From positions 7,585,416-7,610,106 of the forward strand of contig NC_057749.1 in the NCBI RefSeq assembly GCF_004010195.1: a stretch of 24,691 nt of DNA, in the 5' to 3' direction. The position numbers and the translations under genes were made by a program. Positions 20,275 to 24,691 of the stretch are shown in pieces (position 1 is the first letter of the stretch; every line of letters starts with the position of its first letter). The stretch comes from Chiloscyllium plagiosum. Its lineage: Eukaryota. The notes beneath the pieces are model-generated. The model saw nothing but the letters and a program-made list of their open reading frames with translations, was not told the DNA's origin and ran no database searches.

Positions 20275-20553
20275 AGAGTCCCTGCACTGTGGAAGTAGGC
20301 CATTCAGCCCATCGAGTCTACACCAACCCTCCAAAAAGCATCCTGCCCATACCCAATCCTGTCCCTGTAATCCTGCATTTCCCATGGCAATCCACCTAAC
20401 CTGTACATCTTTGGACTGTGGGAGGAAACCGGAGCACCCAAAGCAAACCCACACAGACTCTGGGAAAATGAGGCAGTCACCTGTGAGTGGAATTGAACCC
20501 AGGTCCTTAGTGCTGTGAAGTAGCAGTGCTAACCACTGAGCCAACTTGCTGCC
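20275..20553 (-). mobile_element. HE1 SINE
   Basis: Reverse-complement V-domain gtgggaggaaaccggagcaccc and head gcagtgctaaccactgagcc. Confidence 0.9.
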
Positions 20554-21067
20554 TCCTGTGAGGAATGGAATAAAGGGCAACATGGATACTAAACTGTCTA
20601 AATGACAGGAAACAGAGCAACGTTGATGGGTAAATATGTTGGGACTGGAGGGGGGTTTGTAATGAAGCTCTCCAGTGGTCAACATCGAGACCCCTGCTTT
20701 TCCTTATAATAACAATCTGGATCTTAGTCTGTATGTGACTCAAACCTGAAGAGAATGGAGAACTGAGGATGACAGCATAAAACTTCAAAACTTCCTTGAC
20801 ACGTTGTTGTAGTGGACAGATAGGTGGCAGATCTCATTCAACGTGGAGAAACACAAAATGATGTGATTTGGTCGAAAAAGGATGTTTAAAAGAATAAAGA
20901 ACTAGGTCTACATGTCTAATGCATGAAAAGGTATCAGGGTGTATAGTAACAAAACACAGTATGGGAGGCTTAATTTACAGGGGCATAGAGTACAAGAGCA
21001 TGGAGCTTATGCTGAACTTATGCTAGCTCCAGCCAGTGCATTGTTTTTTAAATTCTTTTTTATTTTT

Positions 21068-21385
21068 AATTCATTCACAGGACAAGGGCATCACTGGCCA
21101 AGCCAGCATTTATTGCCCAGAGGCCAGTTAGGAGTCAACCACATTGCTTTGGGCCTGGAGTCACGTGTTGGCCAGACAGGGTAAGGATGGCAGATTCCTT
21201 CCCTAAAGGGGAATAGTGAACCAGACGGGTTTTTCCAATAGTCGACAATGGTTTCATGGTCATGGTTAGACATTTTCCGATTTTACTGTGTTCAAATTAC
21301 ATCATTTGCCATGGCGGGATTCAAACCCTGGTCCCCAGAACATTGCCTGAGTCTTTGGATTAACAGTCCAGCAATAATATCGCTA
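21068..21385 (-). mobile_element. tRNA-derived SINE (non-HE1 family)
   Basis: Minus-strand head with a B-box-like gggtttgaatccc. The body is homologous to 2160-2375. Confidence 0.7.
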
Positions 21386-21974
21386 TTGTCCTGAGCACCA
21401 CATTTTAGGAAGGATGTGAATACATTGGAGAGTGTGAAGGGGAGATTTATGGCAATGGTTCAAGGGATGAGGACCATCAATTATGAGTATTACTTTATGA
21501 AGTTGGGGGTATGTACCTTGAAAAGATGGCAGCTAAGGGGAGATTTGATAGAAGTTTTTAAAATCTGAAGTGGTCTGAATAGTATAGGTAACAAAGCTAT
21601 TCCCACCTGTAAAAAGATCAAGAACTAGAGGGCATTGATTTAGAGAAAGCAATGCAAGGTAAGAAAAACGATTTTCGCACAGTGAGTAGTCCAGGTTTGG
21701 AATGCATTGGCTGGAAGGGTGGAGGAGGAACATTCAATTGATGCAATCAAGAAAATATAGTTTATATTTAAATAAACATCCAACGTGCAGGGTTATAGGA
21801 CAAGGCAGATATTTGGAAAAAAGTCAAAATGCTCAGGGAGCCAGTGCAGACAAAGAGTCAAACAGCATGGAAACAGACCCTTCAGTCCTGAAGAAGGGCT
21901 TATGCCCGAAACATCGATTCTCCTGCTCCTTGGATGCTGCCTGACCTGCTGCGCTTTTCCAGCAACACATTTTC

Positions 21975-22012
21975 AGCTCTGAGGAAGGGTCACCTGACCC
22001 GAAACGTTAACT
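21975..22012 (+). ncRNA. Minimal hammerhead motif, family C type
   Basis: agct-CTGAGGA-a-GGGTCA-cc-TGACCC-GAAA-C-GTT-aact: core intact, perfect inverted helix II arms, AACGTT palindrome. Confidence 0.7.
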
Positions 22013-22413
22013 CTCTCTACAAGGATTTCAGTGAGTCCCTCTCTCACTGCACACCCCAAGTCATCTCCTCTGCACAGAAACTCTTCAGCCGCGTTCTCAA
22101 ACAGACTCGCTACCACAGCCACATCTCCTTCCTCAGCACCTGCCTACGGAACCGACTGACCCCGCACGGACTCCGGACTACGTTCCGACCGACAAAATTT
22201 GGACCCAACCAGGACAACCAGTACCTACAACAAATCTGAAGCCTCCAGCAACAGACCTCCCTCCGGATCCTCCGCTCCACACTTGCAGCCATGCGCCGCT
22301 ACCTACATTCCCTGCAATTAGACCTACCCCAGCTCAGGACAACACTCTCACAGACCTGTAAAGGACCTCTACTGTTCTTCATCCACAGAAGAATCTTTAC
22401 ACTAAACAAACAG

Positions 22414-22449
22414 ATTTCTGAAGAAGGGCTTATGCCCGAAACGTCGATT
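22414..22449 (+). ncRNA. Minimal hammerhead motif, family A type (intact core)
   Basis: attt-CTGAAGA-a-GGGC-ttat-GCCC-GAAA-C-GTC-gatt, with a predicted cut after C22445. Confidence 0.7.
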
Positions 22450-23989
22450 CTCCTGCTCCTTGGATGCTGCCTGACCTGCTGCGCTTTTCCAGCAATACAT
22501 TTTCAGCTTCAGTCCACTTGTATATGCTGACCAGATATCCCAATCTGACCCTAGTCCCATTTGACAAAAATTTGGCCCTTCCTCTTCATGTACCCATTCA
22601 GATGCCTTTTAAATGTTACAAGTTCACCCACCTCCAGCACTTCCTCTGGCAGCTCGCTCCTTGGATGTAACACCCTCTACATGAAAAGCTGTCCCTCAGA
22701 TCCCTTTCAAATCTCTCCCCTCTAACCTTAAAGCTATGACCTCTAGTTTTGGACTCCCCTACACTTGGGGAAAAGACCTTGGCTAATCACCCTATCCATG
22801 CCCCTCATGATTTCATAAACATTTGTAAAATCACCCCTCAGCCTGCAATACTCCAGGAAAAAGCTGGGGCTTTTTTCCAGCCTCTCCCTAAATCTCAAAC
22901 CCTCCAGCAACATCCTTGTATATCTTTTCTGCATCCTCTCAAGTTTAACAACATATTTCCTAGAGATGCATACAAAGAATTGTACATAGTAATCTAAATG
23001 TTTGCTCACCAATGCCCATACAGCCTAAACATGATACTGCAGTTCTTATACTCATTGTACTGACCAATGAAAGCAAGCGTGTCAAATACCTCCTTCACCA
23101 CCCTGCCTAATGCGAGTCCACTTTCCATGAAATATGTACCTGCACCACCAGATCTCTTTGTTCGGCAGGACTCCCCAGGGACACACCATTAACTGCATGA
23201 GCCCTGCCTTACCAAAATGTAACTCCTCATACTTATCAAAATTAAACTCTGTCTGCCACTCCTTGACCATCTGCTAACTTACTAACCAGGTCTCCCACAT
23301 TCACACCCAAATCATTTATATAACCTACGAAAAGCAGTGGACCCAGCATTGATCTTTGTGGCACACCATTGGTCACAGGGCTCCAGTTCGAAAAGCAATC
23401 CTCCACCACCACCTTCTGTCTCCTACCTTCAAGCCAATTTTCTATTCAAATAGCTAGCTCTCCCTGGATCCTATGTCATTTACTAACCAGTCTATCACCT
23501 TGTTGAATGCTTTGCTGAAGCCTATACAGACAATGTCTATTGGTCTGCCTTCAATCTTCCTTGTCACCTCTTCAAAAAACTCAATCAAATTAGTGAGTCA
23601 TGATTTCTAGTGCACAAAGCCATGATGGGCTGAGTGACTTCTTTCTACACTGTAACAATTCTGTGATTGTGTCAGTAAACTGATGGCATTAAAGTCAATT
23701 TTCTAGATTAGTATTGCAAGACCTTCAAAATACAGGTAAATGGTACAGGATCACCTTGAATCATACACAACAGTTGGTGTGAACTTCAAGAAGGTGCAAA
23801 AAAAAAAGTTAACTAATCAAATTTTTTCTTTCAAATCTGGCAAAGTGGCAATTATCATCTAAGTGAAACTCTATGGATTTGCTAAGATGACATGAATAGA
23901 GGAATCTTTGTTTCCAAAAGTATAAACTCAAATCCATTTCATAAAAAAAAGGAAGGTTTGGCATTTACAAAGAACCTTAGCCTGTTCCA

Positions 23990-24210
23990 CAGTATTTTAC
24001 AACTACTGAAATATTTCTCAAGTGTAGTTACTGCTATAATGAGGGAAACATCAAATGCCAATCTGCACACAGCAAGCTTCCACAGATAGCAACGTGATAA
24101 CCATAAAACAGTTTTCTTTGAGATGGTATGGAAGAGATAGAAATTCATCAGCATGGTGACAGGAAATGTTTTCTTCTTCAAAAAGCCACGGGGTCGTTTA
24201 CATCCATTTG
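23990..24210 (-). mobile_element. Deu-domain SINE remnant
   Basis: aagtgtagttactgctataat…gccaatctgcacacagcaagcttccaca…cttcttcaaaaagccacgggg resembles the reverse complement of the Deu core and tail. Confidence 0.6.
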
Positions 24211-24379
24211 CATGTGGCTGTTACCCTCAAGAAAGTGGAGGTGATTTGCCCCTTTGGATAACTGCTGCCCATTTGGTGCAGATAGTCAGGCCACAAAAAA
24301 GTTAAAAAGGGTGTTTCAGGATTTTGCCCAACATGACTGGACAAAACATTGTACTCAGCACCAATACCACCCCATTCAG

Positions 24380-24691
24380 AGTCATAGATTCCATAAGACC
24401 ATAAGACCATAAGACATAGGAGTGGAAGTAAGGCCATTCGGCCCATCGAGTCCACTCCGCCATTCAATCATGGCTGATGCGCATTTCAGCTCCACTTACC
24501 AGCGTTCTCCCCGTAGCCCTTAATTCCTCTAGACAACAAGAATCTATCAATCTCGGCCTTGAAGACATTTAGCGTCCCGGCTTCCACTGCACTCCGTGGC
24601 AATGAATTCCACAGGCCCACCACTCTCTGGCTGAAGAAATGTCTCCGCATTTCTGTTCTGAAATGACCCCCTCTAATTCTAAGGCTGTGAC
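24380..24691 (-). mobile_element. Young CR1 3' end with 8-bp tail repeat, continuing beyond the window
   Basis: (cataagac)x3 tail, ggccattcggcccatcgag, and gaattccacag…ccactctctggctgaagaa (FFSQRVV.LWNSLP on the minus strand). Confidence 0.9.

Larger units (their letters stand above)
20125..21800 (+). mobile_element. Old, heavily decayed CR1 ORF2, interrupted by two SINEs
   Basis: NLLEF…AVDMVYKDFQKVF at 20162-20250 and RRLRGDLIEVFKI-like sequence at 21525-21570. Confidence 0.75.
21889..22506 (+). mobile_element. PLE-derived mini-element: pLTR, extra hammerhead, ORF N-terminus, pLTR, with 9-bp TSD
   Basis: cttcagtcc occurs at 21880-21888 and 22507-22515. The 91-bp direct repeats 21888-21978 and 22418-22508 differ at 2 positions. 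The internal frame TRYHSHISFLSTCLRNRLTPHGL… has a single TGA at 22237-22239. Confidence 0.88.
21855..23625 (-). mobile_element. CR1 (HER1-like) LINE from RT to 3' end, interrupted at 21889-22506
   Basis: ORFs 22743-23012 (LERMQKRYTRML…RLRGDF) and 23082-23270 (EWQTEFNFDKYEELHFGK). A GVPQ.SMLGPLLF-like motif lies at about 23330-23375. Confidence 0.9.

Noticed and set aside
5106..22508. CRISPR-like array suggested by repeated about 35-bp hairpin motifs
   Set aside because: The repeats are dispersed, on both strands, irregularly spaced and embedded in longer pLTRs in a vertebrate context, with no cas genes.
4055..22670. Recurring ORF peptides such as MLPDLLRFSS, MPETSILLLLGCCLTCCAF and CWKSTAGQAAS as a gene family
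   Set aside because: They are alternative-frame translations of the same PLE pseudo-LTR.
23752..23807. Imperfect hairpin followed by an A-run (miRNA or terminator-like)
   Set aside because: The stem is short and bulged, too weak for a pre-miRNA call, and intrinsic terminators are not relevant in this genome.

Overview
This is eukaryotic, repeat-dense intronic DNA from a cartilaginous fish. The HE1 V-SINEs, HER1/CR1 LINEs and Deu-domain SINEs point to a shark (inference). Most of the window is decayed, nested transposons: a Rex1/Babar LINE, many CR1 fragments, four HE1 SINEs, other tRNA-derived SINEs, TA-flanked Tc1/pogo-type MITEs, and about 15 Penelope-like element (PLE) terminal repeats from three families. 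Two phase-compatible exons (19380-19567 and 18773-18860, minus strand), and possibly a third, suggest an unidentified host gene. The most notable signals are: (1) minimal hammerhead-ribozyme motifs (CTGANGA-stem-GAAAC-GTC) in the PLE repeats, with insertion breakpoints clustering at the ribozyme 5' edge; (2) a young 618-bp TSD-flanked retrozyme-like unit with three hammerheads at 21889-22506; (3) a 5S rRNA pseudogene fused directly to a tRNA-like SINE head at about 1355-1524; (4) a PLE GIY-YIG fragment inserted in frame into a CR1 ORF2. Nearly all ORFs in the supplied track are transposon remnants or noise. TE family names come from motif recognition, not database searches, and element boundaries are approximate unless TSDs are given.
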